Source: Myxococcota bacterium
GTDB taxonomy: Bacteria; Myxococcota_A; Polyangia; Nannocystales; Nannocystaceae
NCBI GenBank assembly: GCA_039028615.1
Contig: JBCCHT010000001.1
Location: forward strand, 1 to 64,000
Length of the DNA stretch: 64,000 bases
Direction: 5' to 3'
Shown one piece after another: positions 19,510 to 31,696 of the stretch. The translations under genes were made by a program, and so were the position numbers. The notes under the pieces were generated by a model, which was not told the DNA's origin, ran no database searches, and worked only from the letters and a program-made list of their open reading frames with translations. Numbering within the stretch: the first letter of the stretch is position 1; the number at the start of each line of letters is the position of its first letter.

Positions 19510-20751
19510 TCAGCGGCAACCCGCGGTGGGAAAGCCGACGGTGAAGTCGCGCACCCAGACCGACTCGACCACGGGCTCGTTCGTCTCGGCCGGCTGCCAG
19601 CGCACACCATCGGTACTCCAGAAGTACTCCATGCCCGTCGCACTCACGGCCGCGAAGACCCCACCGCCGTAGGCGGCCTTGCTCAGCGGCACCCCGAGGT
19701 CCACGCCTTCGTCCCACGTCGCTCCATCGTCGGAATGGAACACGCGTGACCCGAGCACGGCACCGAAGCCGGTGTCGTCGAGGAACAAGTCCTGGAGTTG
19801 ACCCGGCCCGAGCGGCTCGGCGAGCACCTCCCAGGTCTGGCCCATGTCGGTCGATCGACAGACGTCGCCGTTGCCGACCAGCAGCACGCCGTCGCGCATC
19901 TCGATGTCGCCCCAGTGCTGGATGGCATGGGAGCAGCTGCTCGAGTAGCCCGTGCCCACCGTCCATTGCTGGCCGCCGTCTTCACTCACCGCCGCAAAGT
20001 TGCCGACCGACGGGTCCTGTTGGTTCTCGAGCGCCGCCACCAGCACGCCGCCGGGGAAGCCTCGAAGCTGCCGTACCTGGTCGGAGCCGGGCGGCAACGA
20101 CAACGGCTCGCCCTGCCAGTCCTCCCCGGACTCCGAGCGCCAGAGCATGGAGCTGAACACGAGCCACTGCGCCCCGTCGAACGCCACCGCGGAGGTGAAG
20201 GCGTCATAGCCCGCCACCCGACCGCCCACCGTGAAGCGCTCGGCGGGCAAGGCCTCCCAGCTCAGTCCGTCGGTGGAGTACAACAGGTGCCCAGGCGCGC
20301 CCCAGCCAAAGCCCGCGACGAAGGCGTCGTTGCCGAACGCGAGGCCACCAAAGGCCGTCCACGGGGTGTGATCGCCGACCTCGTCCGACTGCATTTGCAT
20401 CGTCCAGGTGCGGCCACCATCACAGGAGGTCGACGTGAACCCACCGTCGGCCAAGGCCACGAACACCGGATCGGGATCGACCGGCGGAGGCTCGGCCGTC
20501 TCGTCGCTTCCCTCGTCGGAGCCGTCGTCATCGTCGGTGCTCGCGGTCGGCTCGCCTCCGGTCGAAGCATCGATAGCCATGGTCGTGGCCGGCTCCCCGC
20601 TCTCCTCCGATGCACCGTCGGAGTCGCCGTCGGCCGGGCTCGCCTCGGGCTCCTCGCCACAAGCGAACCCGAAACACACGAGCACGGTCACGGCGCGCAA
20701 CGGACGGCAGGCCAGCAAGGGAACGGATCTCCATCGTCGAACGGGCGGCAT
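19510..20751 (-). CDS. BNR/Asp-box repeat lipoprotein (beta-propeller)
   Basis: Repeated S-x-D-G-G-x-T-W boxes; lipobox GFA-C. Confidence 0.85.
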   Translation of the reverse strand: MPPVRRWRSVPLLACRPLRAVTVLVCFGFACGEEPEASPADGDSDGASEESGEPATTMAIDASTGGEPTASTDDDDGSDEGSDETAEPPPVDPDPVFVALADGGFTSTSCDGGRTWTMQMQSDEVGDHTPWTAFGGLAFGNDAFVAGFGWGAPGHLLYSTDGLSWEALPAERFTVGGRVAGYDAFTSAVAFDGAQWLVFSSMLWRSESGEDWQGEPLSLPPGSDQVRQLRGFPGGVLVAALENQQDPSVGNFAAVSEDGGQQWTVGTGYSSSCSHAIQHWGDIEMRDGVLLVGNGDVCRSTDMGQTWEVLAEPLGPGQLQDLFLDDTGFGAVLGSRVFHSDDGATWDEGVDLGVPLSKAAYGGGVFAAVSATGMEYFWSTDGVRWQPAETNEPVVESVWVRDFTVGFPTAGCR

Positions 20752-20931
20752 GGCGGGAAAACCTCTGCCTGCCCCGATACGCGGCGCGACGGCGGCGGGT
20801 GAAAACCAGTTCGAATCCCCTTCAATCTGCTCTACGTGCCCGATTTCGGGGTTTTCACGGCCCGCGCCCGATTCCTGTATACCAAGGGCGGTCCGGCGCT
20901 CGGACCCGCTCACTCGCCCTCCCCGCTCGCG

Positions 20932-22416
20932 ATGGACGACTCCAGCCTTCGCATCGAACGCTCGCTTCGGGCCGGGGTCCGCGGGGTCCTGTTGGAGACG
21001 ACCGAGGAGGACCGCGCGCTCGAGCTGCTGGAGCGCGTGGCCGAGGACCTCGACTGGCCGCTGCACACGTGGAGCGTGGTCTCCGGCATCGACGAGACCC
21101 AGGTCCTGCCTCTGTCCGGCCTGCTCGATCGACTCTCCGCGGCGAGCGACGACGAGCTGTGGGTGCTCTTCGACGCGGCCGCCGGAGCCCAGACCCCGTC
21201 CGTCGTCCGAGCGTTGCGGCAGCTGGCCCAGCGCGAGCGCGGCCCGGCCATCGTGCTGGTGGAGGCCCCGGGCAGCCACCTCGGCCGCGTCCGGCAGATC
21301 CCCGAGTTGCTCCCCGTGGCCTTGCCGCCGCCCGGCCTCGACGAACTCACCACGCATGTGGGCTGGGCCTTGGGTCTGGTGACCGAGCACGACGCCACCG
21401 CCCGCGAAGCCCTGTCGCCGCACGCGGCATCGCTGGCTCGGGTCGCGCTGGGGCTGCCGCGCCGCGCCGTGGACCGCTTGCTCGCCGAGGCCGTGCTCGC
21501 CCACGGCACCGACCCGGACGCGCTGCAGCGATATATCGCCACCAACAAGTCGGCCGCCCTCGACCGCGACGGTATGTTGGAGCTTGCCGCGCCCGTGCCG
21601 GAGCAGCAGCTCGGCGGCCTGCCCCAGCTCAAACAATGGTTGCGACGCCGGGCCCTCGCGCTCCAGCCCCCTGCTCGCAAAGCCGGGATCCCGGCCCCCC
21701 GGGGCGTGCTGCTCCTCGGCGTCCAGGGGTGCGGCAAGAGCCTCGCAGCCCGGGTCTGCGCCGAGCTGCTCGGGCTTCCTCTCGTGCGACTCGAACCGGG
21801 ACGCTTGTTCGCGGGCACCGTGGGCGAGAGCGAAGCCAACCTCCGCCACACGCTCGCGCTGGTGGAACGCCTGGCCCCCGTCGTGCTGTGGATCGACGAG
21901 ATCGACAAAGGGCTGGCCGGGACCGAAGGGGCCGCAAGCGACGGAGGCACCACCGCCCGGGTGATCGGAGGTTTGCTCACGTGGCTACAAGAACGCGAGC
22001 GACCGGTGTTCGTGGCGGCGACCGCCAACCGCGTCGACGCCCTGCCACCCGAGCTGCTGCGACGCGGTCGACTCGACGAGATCTTCTTCGTCGATCTGCC
22101 GGACGCGGAACAACGAGAAGCGATTTTACGGGTCCATCTGCATCACGTGCCGCTCGCCCGGTTGGGCCACGTTCCCCCGCTCGATGACCCCTGGGACGCG
22201 TTTGCGAGCGTGATCCGAGCCGCCGAGGGTTGGAGCGGAGCGGAGATCGAGGCCGCGTTGGTCGAGGCGCGGCTCGATGCCCACGCCGAACGACGAGCCC
22301 TCCGAGCCGACGATCTTCGGCGCGCCGTCGAGGCCACCGTGCCCTTGTGCCGCACTCGATCCGAGAGCATCGCCGCCCTCCGATCATGGGCCGCCGACCG
22401 GGCTCGACCCGCCTGA
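20932..22416 (+). CDS. AAA+ ATPase, Ycf46-like
   Basis: GGLPQLKQWL, PRGVLLLGVQGCGKS, LWIDEIDK, ATAN, PPELLRRGRLDEIFFVDLP, degenerate N-terminal AAA module. Confidence 0.92.
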   Translation: MDDSSLRIERSLRAGVRGVLLETTEEDRALELLERVAEDLDWPLHTWSVVSGIDETQVLPLSGLLDRLSAASDDELWVLFDAAAGAQTPSVVRALRQLAQRERGPAIVLVEAPGSHLGRVRQIPELLPVALPPPGLDELTTHVGWALGLVTEHDATAREALSPHAASLARVALGLPRRAVDRLLAEAVLAHGTDPDALQRYIATNKSAALDRDGMLELAAPVPEQQLGGLPQLKQWLRRRALALQPPARKAGIPAPRGVLLLGVQGCGKSLAARVCAELLGLPLVRLEPGRLFAGTVGESEANLRHTLALVERLAPVVLWIDEIDKGLAGTEGAASDGGTTARVIGGLLTWLQERERPVFVAATANRVDALPPELLRRGRLDEIFFVDLPDAEQREAILRVHLHHVPLARLGHVPPLDDPWDAFASVIRAAEGWSGAEIEAALVEARLDAHAERRALRADDLRRAVEATVPLCRTRSESIAALRSWAADRARPA

Positions 22417-22483
22417 GATCATCCCTCGGCCCTTCGTCAGCCTCACGCAGCGCAGCCGCTTGTTGCATACTGGCCGCGACGTG

Positions 22484-23944
<1,461 letters not shown>

Positions 23945-23950
23945 ACGACG

Positions 23951-23978
23951 AGGGCGGGTCCCCGTGGGCCCGCCCTTT
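23951..23978 (+). terminator. Probable intrinsic terminator
   Basis: AGGGCGGGTCC/GGGCCCGCCCT hairpin plus short T run, directly after the stop and between convergent genes. Confidence 0.65.
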
Positions 23979-24007
23979 CGCGATGGTCTCGAGCTGCGAC
24001 GCCGAAG

Positions 24008-24451
24008 CTACGAACCGTCTTGACCCTGCAGCAGCCGCGCGACCAAGCCGTGCGTGCGCAGGGTTTCGTCGGTGGTGATGAACTCGCGATTCTGCCGATT
24101 GGTCTGGCGGTTGGCCTCGTCGCGCAGCATCAGCATGCGCATGACGTCGCGGGCCCCGTCGTCGAGCTCGACGAAGTCGACACCCATGCCGGGCACCTTT
24201 TCATCGGAGGAATGGCGCACCACGCGACCTTCTGCCTTGAACAAGACGGGCTGATCGGGCTCGGGATACACCGTAAAGGCCAGCTCGATCGACGAGCCGA
24301 TCGCGAGAGGCTCATCGGTATGCACGAAGACCCCGGTCTCGGACAGGTCGCTGACCGGAGTGGTGGCACGAGGATCGCCCCCGCTGATCGCGGCGCTCAT
24401 GGGCACACGACGGGCACGGCGACGGTCTGAGGGTTTGCCGGAGTTCGTCAC
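24008..24451 (-). CDS. PilZ domain protein
   Basis: RRARR and DLSETG c-di-GMP motifs, GRVVR, GMGVDF. Confidence 0.9.
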   Translation of the reverse strand: MTNSGKPSDRRRARRVPMSAAISGGDPRATTPVSDLSETGVFVHTDEPLAIGSSIELAFTVYPEPDQPVLFKAEGRVVRHSSDEKVPGMGVDFVELDDGARDVMRMLMLRDEANRQTNRQNREFITTDETLRTHGLVARLLQGQDGS

Positions 24452-24548
24452 GGAAACTCGCACATCAAGATACACGTAAAGCGCGCGGCTGCCGAGGCCT
24501 GCCTACAGGTCGGCCTCACTCGCGTCTGCGGGCTGCTAGAGTACCCCC

Positions 24549-24776
24549 GTGGCCCGTCGTGGCGATCGATTCCGGCGTTTGCGCACCCCGGGCACGGCCG
24601 ATCTTTTCGAGCATTTCGGCGTGCCGATCGCGCCCTCGTCCGATCCCGAGCCGGGCCCGGTCACCGTCACCGCCGCCACGCCCTGCGACCACTGCCAGTG
24701 GTTCCGCCCCCTGCCCGTGCGCGGACCCTGCCCCTTGTGCGGCGCGCCCGGGCGTGAAAACAAGTCGCGGCCGTGA
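24549..24776 (+). CDS. Small zinc-ribbon protein
   Basis: CDHC...CPLC; GTGA overlap with the next gene. Confidence 0.6.
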   Translation: MARRGDRFRRLRTPGTADLFEHFGVPIAPSSDPEPGPVTVTAATPCDHCQWFRPLPVRGPCPLCGAPGRENKSRP

Positions 24777-25165
24777 GCCGCTACGTGCACGTCGACATGC
24801 CCGCCCAGCTCGACCTCGATGAGGTTCGAGCCGGGTTGGAGGCGATGAAGCTGACGGTGCAGCAGGCACGCGGCCGCGTGATGCTGGAGGGCAGCATCGA
24901 GTGCAGCGGCGAGCCGGTCGATCTGCGCCTGCCCGCGGGGACCCTCGATACGGTGGAGGACTTCGGCTTCGTGCTCGAGCAGGGCCAGGTGCGTCTGGTC
25001 TGCGGTGAGCTCGACCGGACCTTGCTCGAGCAGAACCTGCTGACGCCGATGCGAGCGGCCCTCGCGGAAGGTCGAGTGCGGCAGGCCGCCGACGAAGCGG
25101 GCCTCGAGGTCGAAGCCGTCGAGCAGACCGAAGGCGGCCGTCGGCTCGTCCTGCGACGCCGCTGA
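24773..25165 (+). CDS. DUF1257/Ycf35-like protein
   Basis: 130 aa; DFGF motif, GLEVE...GRRLVLRR C-terminus; near a Ycf46-like ATPase. Confidence 0.65.
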   Translation: MSRYVHVDMPAQLDLDEVRAGLEAMKLTVQQARGRVMLEGSIECSGEPVDLRLPAGTLDTVEDFGFVLEQGQVRLVCGELDRTLLEQNLLTPMRAALAEGRVRQAADEAGLEVEAVEQTEGGRRLVLRRR

Positions 25166-25182
25166 CGAGCGACCCGGGCGCG

Positions 25183-26280
25183 TCAGCCCACCGGGCCAAA
25201 CTCGTCGCAGGCGGTCTTGATGACCGCGATCGACTCCTGGAAGATCGGGCCGTAGTCCTCGCACACCGGCCCCACGAAGCCGTACGTGAACATCGAGGTG
25301 AACTCGAGGATCCGCGGCGCGACCTCGGCGCCCTCGATGCCTCCGTTGCACTTGTCGAGCTCGGGGCACATCGGCGCCGCTTCGCCGTCGGGGCCGACCA
25401 GGGCCAGCACCACCACGCTCTCCTCGCGGCCGCCCTTGATCTCGACGAGCTGGTCGAACCACGTCGCGGGCTCTCCCGGGCTGCCGTCCAGCGGCGTCGA
25501 GTCGCAGGCCTCGAGCATCGTCTCGTGGTCGTCTTCTTCGTCGGTGATGATGGTGACCACCAGCAGGGCGTCGTCGCGCAAGAACCCCTCGTTGCACTCG
25601 CCCTCTTCGGTGAGCGGCGGGGTCAAGGCGGTCAGCATCGCCTCCATGGGGCGCTCGTCGCCGTCGCCCCCCGAGCCCACCTGCGCCGCGCAGCCGAACT
25701 CCAGCGCCAGGTCGTCGGCCTCGGTCATGAAGTTGAGCCCGGAGCTATAGGGGCCGCAGCTGCCGTTGCTCGAGTCGGGGCCGCCCGTGCGGTAGATGAG
25801 GTTGCCGACCGACAGCGGACTGCACTCGAGGTCGTAGATGTACGTGTCCGAGGTGACCACGCCGATGTGGTAGCCGTCGGTCTCCGCCAGCTCCTTTTGC
25901 ATGGCGGAGATGAAGCCGGGAAAGCTCGCCACCAGGTTGGCCTGCTCGTCGGCCATGCTGCCCGAGTTGTCGATCACGAACAGCAGGTCGACGTTCTTGC
26001 AGCTCTCGGAGCCGTCGTCGATGCCGTCGGAGCCCGCCGTCCCGGCCATGACGTCGAGCTTGATGGGGCCGGTCTCGTCGGCCGGCGACGTCGTGCCGGA
26101 GCTGGTGGCCATGCTCCCGGCGGTGGTGCCGAACGTGTTCGACGGCGCGGTCGTGTTGGTCTCGCGGGCGCTGTCGTCACCGCCACACCCGAGCACGAAT
26201 GCCAGCCCGGACAACGCGATCGTCGATTCGAGTCTACGTCCCACCAAACCAGCCTGCGGGGGCAGGCGAGTGGCCGTCAA
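25183..26280 (-). CDS. vWA-like (MIDAS) lipoprotein
   Basis: VDLLFVIDNSGSM, FLRDDALLVVTIITDE, lipobox VLG-C. Confidence 0.85.
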   Translation of the reverse strand: MTATRLPPQAGLVGRRLESTIALSGLAFVLGCGGDDSARETNTTAPSNTFGTTAGSMATSSGTTSPADETGPIKLDVMAGTAGSDGIDDGSESCKNVDLLFVIDNSGSMADEQANLVASFPGFISAMQKELAETDGYHIGVVTSDTYIYDLECSPLSVGNLIYRTGGPDSSNGSCGPYSSGLNFMTEADDLALEFGCAAQVGSGGDGDERPMEAMLTALTPPLTEEGECNEGFLRDDALLVVTIITDEEDDHETMLEACDSTPLDGSPGEPATWFDQLVEIKGGREESVVVLALVGPDGEAAPMCPELDKCNGGIEGAEVAPRILEFTSMFTYGFVGPVCEDYGPIFQESIAVIKTACDEFGPVG

Positions 26281-26310
26281 GGCGAGTTTTGGTCCGCCTC
26301 CGGGCGGGGC

Positions 26311-27639
26311 TCAGCTGCGAAAGCGAACGTGGAAGTGGTGCCGATGGCTCCGCCAGTGGCGGATGATTCCATGCGCCCGCCGCCGCCCGTGCGGGTACTG
26401 GAAGATCGAGTCCAGCTCCCGCTGCGGCACGCCACGCCCCTTGGCGTACTCGTACAGCTGCTTTTGGATGTTGTAGTCGACGAAGATGTAGACCACCTCG
26501 CGCGTGTCGATGAAGGCCTTGAGCAGGGCCCAGGTCCTCGGCACGTCGAGCGTCTCCGGCGTGACGCCGCCGAAGCGAATGCGCTGCGACGTCTCGGCCT
26601 TCAGCACGTAGCCCAGATCGATGTCGCGACCGGTCCGGTGCGACAGATGGGGCTTGAGCGCCCCGCCGCCCTTGCGGCTGAGGTCTCCGACCAGCACCTT
26701 GGGCGAACGACGGTATTGCTTCTTGTACTGGCCGATCGCGCGCTGCATGAGGCGGATCGTCTTGTCGGTCCCGAACGCGAGCGTCGGGCGCTTGATGTAG
26801 ATGTCGTCGCTGCTCGGCAGCGCCACCGTGACCCGGGCATGCTTGCGTCGCTTGGAGCTCTTGCCGCCGGCCCGCTTGGGCTCGGGGGGCAGGAAGTCGG
26901 GCACGAGCCCGCCGTCGACGCGCAGCACCAATCGCTGGCCCACCTGAATCAGGTTGGGGTCGGTGATGGCCGGGTTCTCGTCGAGCAACACCTGCTTGGT
27001 CACCCCGAGCGTCGTCGCGATCGCGCCCAGGCTCTCGCCGGGTTGGACCTCGTGCTCGATCGTCTTGGTCAAGCGCGGGAAGATCTCGGGGCAGACCCGC
27101 ACCTTTTGGCCGGGCCGAATCAGGTTCGGGTTTTCGATCTGGGGATTGAGCGCGACCAGCTCGGTGTGATGCACGCCGTAGCGCCCCGCGATGAGCCCCA
27201 GGTGCTCGCCGCGCTCGACCTCGTGCTCGTAGAGCGGCATGCGATAGGCACAGTCGGCATGCGCGGGGGCACGGGTCGGGCGATCGCCCGCGATGACCAG
27301 CGTGGGGTCCTCGGCGTGCGCGTGGGCGTGATGGTCGTGGTCCTCTTCGTGCGTCGGCTCGACCGTGGGCTTTTTGGCTCGCTTCTTTTTCTTCGAGCGC
27401 TTCGCCTTCTTGCCCCGGGTCTTGGGGCCCTCGCTCTTCGCCTGGGCCTTGGATTCACCGTCCGCCTCGTCACCCGCGGCCGGCAGCTCCGCGTCCGTGG
27501 GGCTTTGCACCACCGGCTCGCGGGGCTCGGTGGGTCCCGCCAGCGCTGCGGTCGGCCAGGTCAGGCCGACGAACAAAAGCGCGCGCCACCAGGGTCGTCG
27601 AGGCCGGATCCGTCGCAGTCCGCGTTCGGTGTCCCACAT
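26311..27639 (-). CDS. Two-LysM, MepA-type murein endopeptidase
   Basis: Two LysM repeats (NPNLIRPGQ, DPNLIQVGQ); GDLS..GG..HLSHRTGRDID and HRHHFHVR. Confidence 0.9.
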   Translation of the reverse strand: MWDTERGLRRIRPRRPWWRALLFVGLTWPTAALAGPTEPREPVVQSPTDAELPAAGDEADGESKAQAKSEGPKTRGKKAKRSKKKKRAKKPTVEPTHEEDHDHHAHAHAEDPTLVIAGDRPTRAPAHADCAYRMPLYEHEVERGEHLGLIAGRYGVHHTELVALNPQIENPNLIRPGQKVRVCPEIFPRLTKTIEHEVQPGESLGAIATTLGVTKQVLLDENPAITDPNLIQVGQRLVLRVDGGLVPDFLPPEPKRAGGKSSKRRKHARVTVALPSSDDIYIKRPTLAFGTDKTIRLMQRAIGQYKKQYRRSPKVLVGDLSRKGGGALKPHLSHRTGRDIDLGYVLKAETSQRIRFGGVTPETLDVPRTWALLKAFIDTREVVYIFVDYNIQKQLYEYAKGRGVPQRELDSIFQYPHGRRRAHGIIRHWRSHRHHFHVRFRS

Positions 27640-27889
27640 GTCCCACTGTGTAGGCACATCTCGTCGGCGGCCCCAAGAAACACACTGAATCGCGCCTCCC
27701 GCCGGTAAAAAAGCGATCCAGAGCACGGTTCGACCCCCTGGAGGGTGAACATGCGCCCCCGGGTCCGCGTCCATGCAGGCCAACCCACGTTACGGTTTGT
27801 GCGGGGTTCGTGCGTCATCACGCTTGCATCCCACCGGCCGGCGCTGGACGATCCGCCCGCACCTCGATCCACTCAGGAGCATAGATTTC

Positions 27890-28789
27890 ATGACGATGCC
27901 CTTGCCCGCTCGCTTGTCCCGCGCAGTTGCCGCTGCTGGTCTCCTCACCGCTCTCGCCGCCTGCAACAACGACCCCGGCTCCGGCACGGTCACGGTCAAC
28001 TACTCGTTCGACCCCATCACCAGCTGCACCGAGGACCAAGAGACGGTCGTCGACATCGAGGTCGAGATCGGTGACGACGTGGCCACCGACTCCGTCTCCT
28101 GCGACAACGCGGGCGGCGACCTCACGGTGACGGCCCCCGCGGGTACCTACGACATCGTGGTGCGCGGCATCGACGACGCCGGCGACGTCGTGCTCGACAA
28201 CCTCGGCGGTGACACCAGCGACGACCGCATCGAGGTCATCGGTGGCGACAACCTCGAGTTCCCCGTGACCCTCGGCCTCGTGCCCGCCACCCTCGAGGTC
28301 AACCTGTCCGTGCGCAACAACGGCGTGTTCGCCCAGTGCACCTCGGACGCGATCACCATCAAGGGCCTTCGCGCTCAGGCCTGGGGCTTCTCCGGCCAGC
28401 TCAAGACCCACGACTTCGACCTGTGCGACTTCGACGATTTCCTGCCCGTGCCCGACGACGCGCGCGAGATCAACGGTCGACTCTTCGACCGGGCCGTGCT
28501 CCAGCCGCTCGACGCCAGCGGCAACCCGGTCGGTGACGCCTACGACACGCAGTTCACCGCCCCGATCGGCGCGGGTAAGTCCGTCCGTCTCGCCATCGAG
28601 TGCGAGGACGAGAGCTGCGAGGTCATCGTGCTCGAGGGCGACCCCGGGCCGAGCACCACCACCGACGACCCCACGGGCGACCCGACCGGCGGCGACCCCA
28701 CCGGAGGGGGCGATACCGACCAGGGCACCACGGGTGGGGATCCCACCGGCGGTGACGAAACCGGCGGGGGCGACTCCACCGGCGGCTGA
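27890..28789 (+). CDS. Hypothetical lipoprotein with C-terminal DPTGG repeats
   Basis: Lipobox LAA-C; strong C-ending codon bias. Confidence 0.8.
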   Translation: MTMPLPARLSRAVAAAGLLTALAACNNDPGSGTVTVNYSFDPITSCTEDQETVVDIEVEIGDDVATDSVSCDNAGGDLTVTAPAGTYDIVVRGIDDAGDVVLDNLGGDTSDDRIEVIGGDNLEFPVTLGLVPATLEVNLSVRNNGVFAQCTSDAITIKGLRAQAWGFSGQLKTHDFDLCDFDDFLPVPDDAREINGRLFDRAVLQPLDASGNPVGDAYDTQFTAPIGAGKSVRLAIECEDESCEVIVLEGDPGPSTTTDDPTGDPTGGDPTGGGDTDQGTTGGDPTGGDETGGGDSTGG

Positions 28790-29054
28790 CCTTCGCCCAA
28801 CACGGTTTTCCGGCCAGTACTGCGTCCAAGCGACGCGCCCGGCCCAAATCGCGACGCGCCACGCCCGATGTAGCCATTGCTATGGGCGTGGCGTTTCCTT
28901 ATTCTGAATCCTCGCTTCGTGTGGCCTCGGCCGGCGAAGTTGGGGTAGCGCGGCCACCGAGTCGCATTGGGATCGAACTGGATGCGCGTCGCAAGGATGG
29001 CGAGCGCAAATCACCCCCGCCGTTGCTCGGCGGTTCACACGCATTTTCACCTCA

Positions 29055-29450
29055 TTGTCATCACTCACCCATTATACCGAGGAGCCCTCGGCGCTCTCGG
29101 CCAGCCCGGGACGGGCATTCACTCGCGTTCGCGGCGGCGGCTTCGTCACCCGTGAAATGCTCGAGGAGACGCTCGACGACCTACGAAGCGCGGCCCCTGC
29201 ACCCGATGGTGGCGCCATGCTCATCGATCTGAGTGAAGTCGCCGGGTACGAATCCGCATGCCTGCGGCCCGCCAAGCAGTTCCTGCAGGAAGCCGCGAGC
29301 CTCGGGCTCACCCGCATCGCTCTGGTGGCGTCGTCCACCGTCATGCGCACTGCCACTCGACTCGCCGCATCGTCGGTGCCCGTCGAGCTCCGCACCTTCG
29401 AGCACGAGCCCCACGCGGCCAGTTGGCTCGCCGGGCACCTGCCCGACTGA
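29055..29450 (+). CDS. STAS/SEC14 (SpoIIAA-like) small protein
   Basis: LIDLSE, RIALV, RTFE..AASWL; start uncertain. Confidence 0.7.
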   Translation: MSSLTHYTEEPSALSASPGRAFTRVRGGGFVTREMLEETLDDLRSAAPAPDGGAMLIDLSEVAGYESACLRPAKQFLQEAASLGLTRIALVASSTVMRTATRLAASSVPVELRTFEHEPHAASWLAGHLPD

Positions 29451-29492
29451 GCTCCTCGCCCCCGTCACGGGCCGAACGACGACGATGGTGGC

Positions 29493-30623
29493 TCACCGTC
29501 GCGGTAGCGCACGCCTCAGCCCCGCCCAGACCCCCCAGCCTGGGGTCGGCCGGGTCACGCGGATGAGACCGAGATCGACGCGTCCACGCCCGTCGACCAC
29601 GAACGACAGGTCCGACAGCATCTCGGCTTCGAGATCGTGAACGTCGTCGTCGTCCCCGAGCGTCAGGCCAACCCGAGCGGGCGCTCGATGAGGCCGGGAC
29701 TCGAGCGAGCTACCCAGGCGGCGAATCGACTCCACCTGGGCGCGATGTGACAGGAACCCCCCCTCGAGCGTCACGAAGGGAAAGCGCGCGTGCTGGACCC
29801 AGCCGCGGCGCTCGTCATCGGTCGCCCAGAAGCACTGGAACGCCTCGTCGCTCGCCCCCCAGTCACGGCCGCCCCAGTGGTGCTGCCGAATCGACCACGC
29901 CCGTATCGGGATCAGACGGTCGCCCAGCGCTACCGTGCCGTGCAGCTGACCGAGCTGGACGTAGCCGTGCGAGCGGGCGCGTCGGGCCGTTCGTAGTAGC
30001 CGGGCATCCCAGTCCGCCTCGCCCAGTCGTCGTGCCAGCAGCTCGGGATCGTCGTCGGTGCCGGGCGCGTAGGGGTTGGCCGCCGAGATGAACGTGAGAT
30101 CGACGCTGGCCCGAACCGCCGGCCGCTCCCGCTCGCCCACCACCCGCAGCGAAGGCCCCGCTGCCTTGTGCCCCTGGGGCTCCACCGAGCCGGCGAAGCG
30201 CGCCGTCCACCGTTGCAGAGGCGTGACGCAGTCGAGCTTGAGACCGCCCGCGCGCCATCGATCGCTGCCGCTCGCGCCGAGCACCGCCTCGCCGCCCGGC
30301 AGTGCCCACACCCCGTCGGGCGTCAGCAGCGTGACCCACACCCGCTGCGAGCTGCGGCCCGGCAACCACTCCAGGCGCAGCACCACGGCCAGTCCCGCCT
30401 GCACCCCGACGAAGGTGTAATCCTCGGCGAAGAAGCGCTGGCCGTCCCATTCGTGGGTCGCCTCGTCCTGGGGGGCCGGAGGCGGGCTCGCTCGATGGCC
30501 ACGTCGCTTGGCGATCACCCAGCGCGCCAGCGCGGACTTGAGGCCGCGCCGCAGTACCATGCGCACGTCGCCCACGTTGTTGGGCGCGTCTGCGTCGGGG
30601 GAATCACCGAGTCGATCCGACAT
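29493..30623 (-). CDS. Hypothetical beta-rich protein (tocopherol cyclase/AttH-like)
   Basis: CVTPLQRW, YVQLGQLHG, RQHHWGGRDW motifs. Confidence 0.65.
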   Translation of the reverse strand: MSDRLGDSPDADAPNNVGDVRMVLRRGLKSALARWVIAKRRGHRASPPPAPQDEATHEWDGQRFFAEDYTFVGVQAGLAVVLRLEWLPGRSSQRVWVTLLTPDGVWALPGGEAVLGASGSDRWRAGGLKLDCVTPLQRWTARFAGSVEPQGHKAAGPSLRVVGERERPAVRASVDLTFISAANPYAPGTDDDPELLARRLGEADWDARLLRTARRARSHGYVQLGQLHGTVALGDRLIPIRAWSIRQHHWGGRDWGASDEAFQCFWATDDERRGWVQHARFPFVTLEGGFLSHRAQVESIRRLGSSLESRPHRAPARVGLTLGDDDDVHDLEAEMLSDLSFVVDGRGRVDLGLIRVTRPTPGWGVWAGLRRALPRR

Positions 30624-30807
30624 CCGGGGCTCTGCCTCCCGCACAATGCCACGCTCCGATTGGCGGTCGCACCCGATCCGCCTCCCCTGCCTGCACGCCC
30701 GAGCCCGCGGTTCTTCGCGATCGCCGCGTATCAGCCCCTACTCCCACTTCTGCCGCCACAAACGGCAATGGACAGGCTTTCCGGCCGCGTGCTAACCACC
30801 AGCTTCG

Positions 30808-31626
30808 ATGAGGCTTCCGCGCTTTGCCCCCGTCCTGCTCGCGGCCCTGCTGCTCGCCCCTGCTGCTGCTTGCGACAAGAGCAAAGAACCCACGCCCGAG
30901 GAGATCGAGGCCAAGCTGAAGGCCGATCTCGAGGAAGCCGCCGCGCGCGTCCGCAACAACAAGACCAAGGACGCGGAGAAGATCTACCTGCGTATCCTCG
31001 AGACCCACGCCGACCAACCCGACGCCGTCGGTGGTCTGGGCAAGGTCCGCCTCGAGGAGAAGAAGTACGCCGAGGCCGAGAAGCTCCTCGCCCAGGCCTC
31101 CAACGCCAAGAGCGACAACGCCTCCCTGTGGGCCGCCCTGGGCCAAGCTCGACAGCTCCAGGACAACCCCAAGGGTGCCGCGGAGGCATTTGCGATGGCG
31201 TTCAAGATCGAGCCGGACAACAGCAGCTATGGCCTGTCGTACGGACGCATGCTCCGAGACGCGGAGGACTTCGCCAAAGCCGAAGAGATCCTGCGCAAGG
31301 TGGCCGAGCTGGACCCCAAGGCGCCCTACGTCAACACCGACCTCGGCGACGCCCTACGCGGCCAGGACAAGCTCGACGACGCCCTCAAGCACTACATGAA
31401 GGGCCAGAACGCCAACCGCTCCGACAAGCGAGCGCATGCGGGCGCGGCCTTCGTCTACGAGAAGAAGGGCGACAACAAGCACGCGCTCGACGAGTGGTCC
31501 TCGTATATCCGCATGGACTGCTGCTCGGATTTCTCCAAGACCGTCGCGCAGAAGAAGATCGAGTCGCTCAAGGTCGACCACGGCGGCGACGCGGGTGAAG
31601 GCGAAGGCGCCGGGGCAGCCGAATAG
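30808..31626 (+). CDS. TPR-repeat lipoprotein
   Basis: Lipobox AAA-C, about five 34-aa TPR-like helical pairs. Confidence 0.9.
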   Translation: MRLPRFAPVLLAALLLAPAAACDKSKEPTPEEIEAKLKADLEEAAARVRNNKTKDAEKIYLRILETHADQPDAVGGLGKVRLEEKKYAEAEKLLAQASNAKSDNASLWAALGQARQLQDNPKGAAEAFAMAFKIEPDNSSYGLSYGRMLRDAEDFAKAEEILRKVAELDPKAPYVNTDLGDALRGQDKLDDALKHYMKGQNANRSDKRAHAGAAFVYEKKGDNKHALDEWSSYIRMDCCSDFSKTVAQKKIESLKVDHGGDAGEGEGAGAAE

Positions 31627-31648
31627 AGCCCCCTCGCCTGACGGCAGC

Positions 31649-31685
31649 AAAGAGCCGCCGAGCCATACGCTCGTGCGGCTCTTTT
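31649..31685. terminator. Bidirectional intrinsic terminator
   Basis: AAAGAGCCGC...GCGGCTCTTTT between convergent genes. Confidence 0.75.
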
Positions 31686-31696
31686 CGTGGGCGCCG

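Noticed and set aside
20805..20825. GTTCGAATCCC resembling a tRNA T-loop
   Set aside because: The flanks do not form a T-stem or cloverleaf
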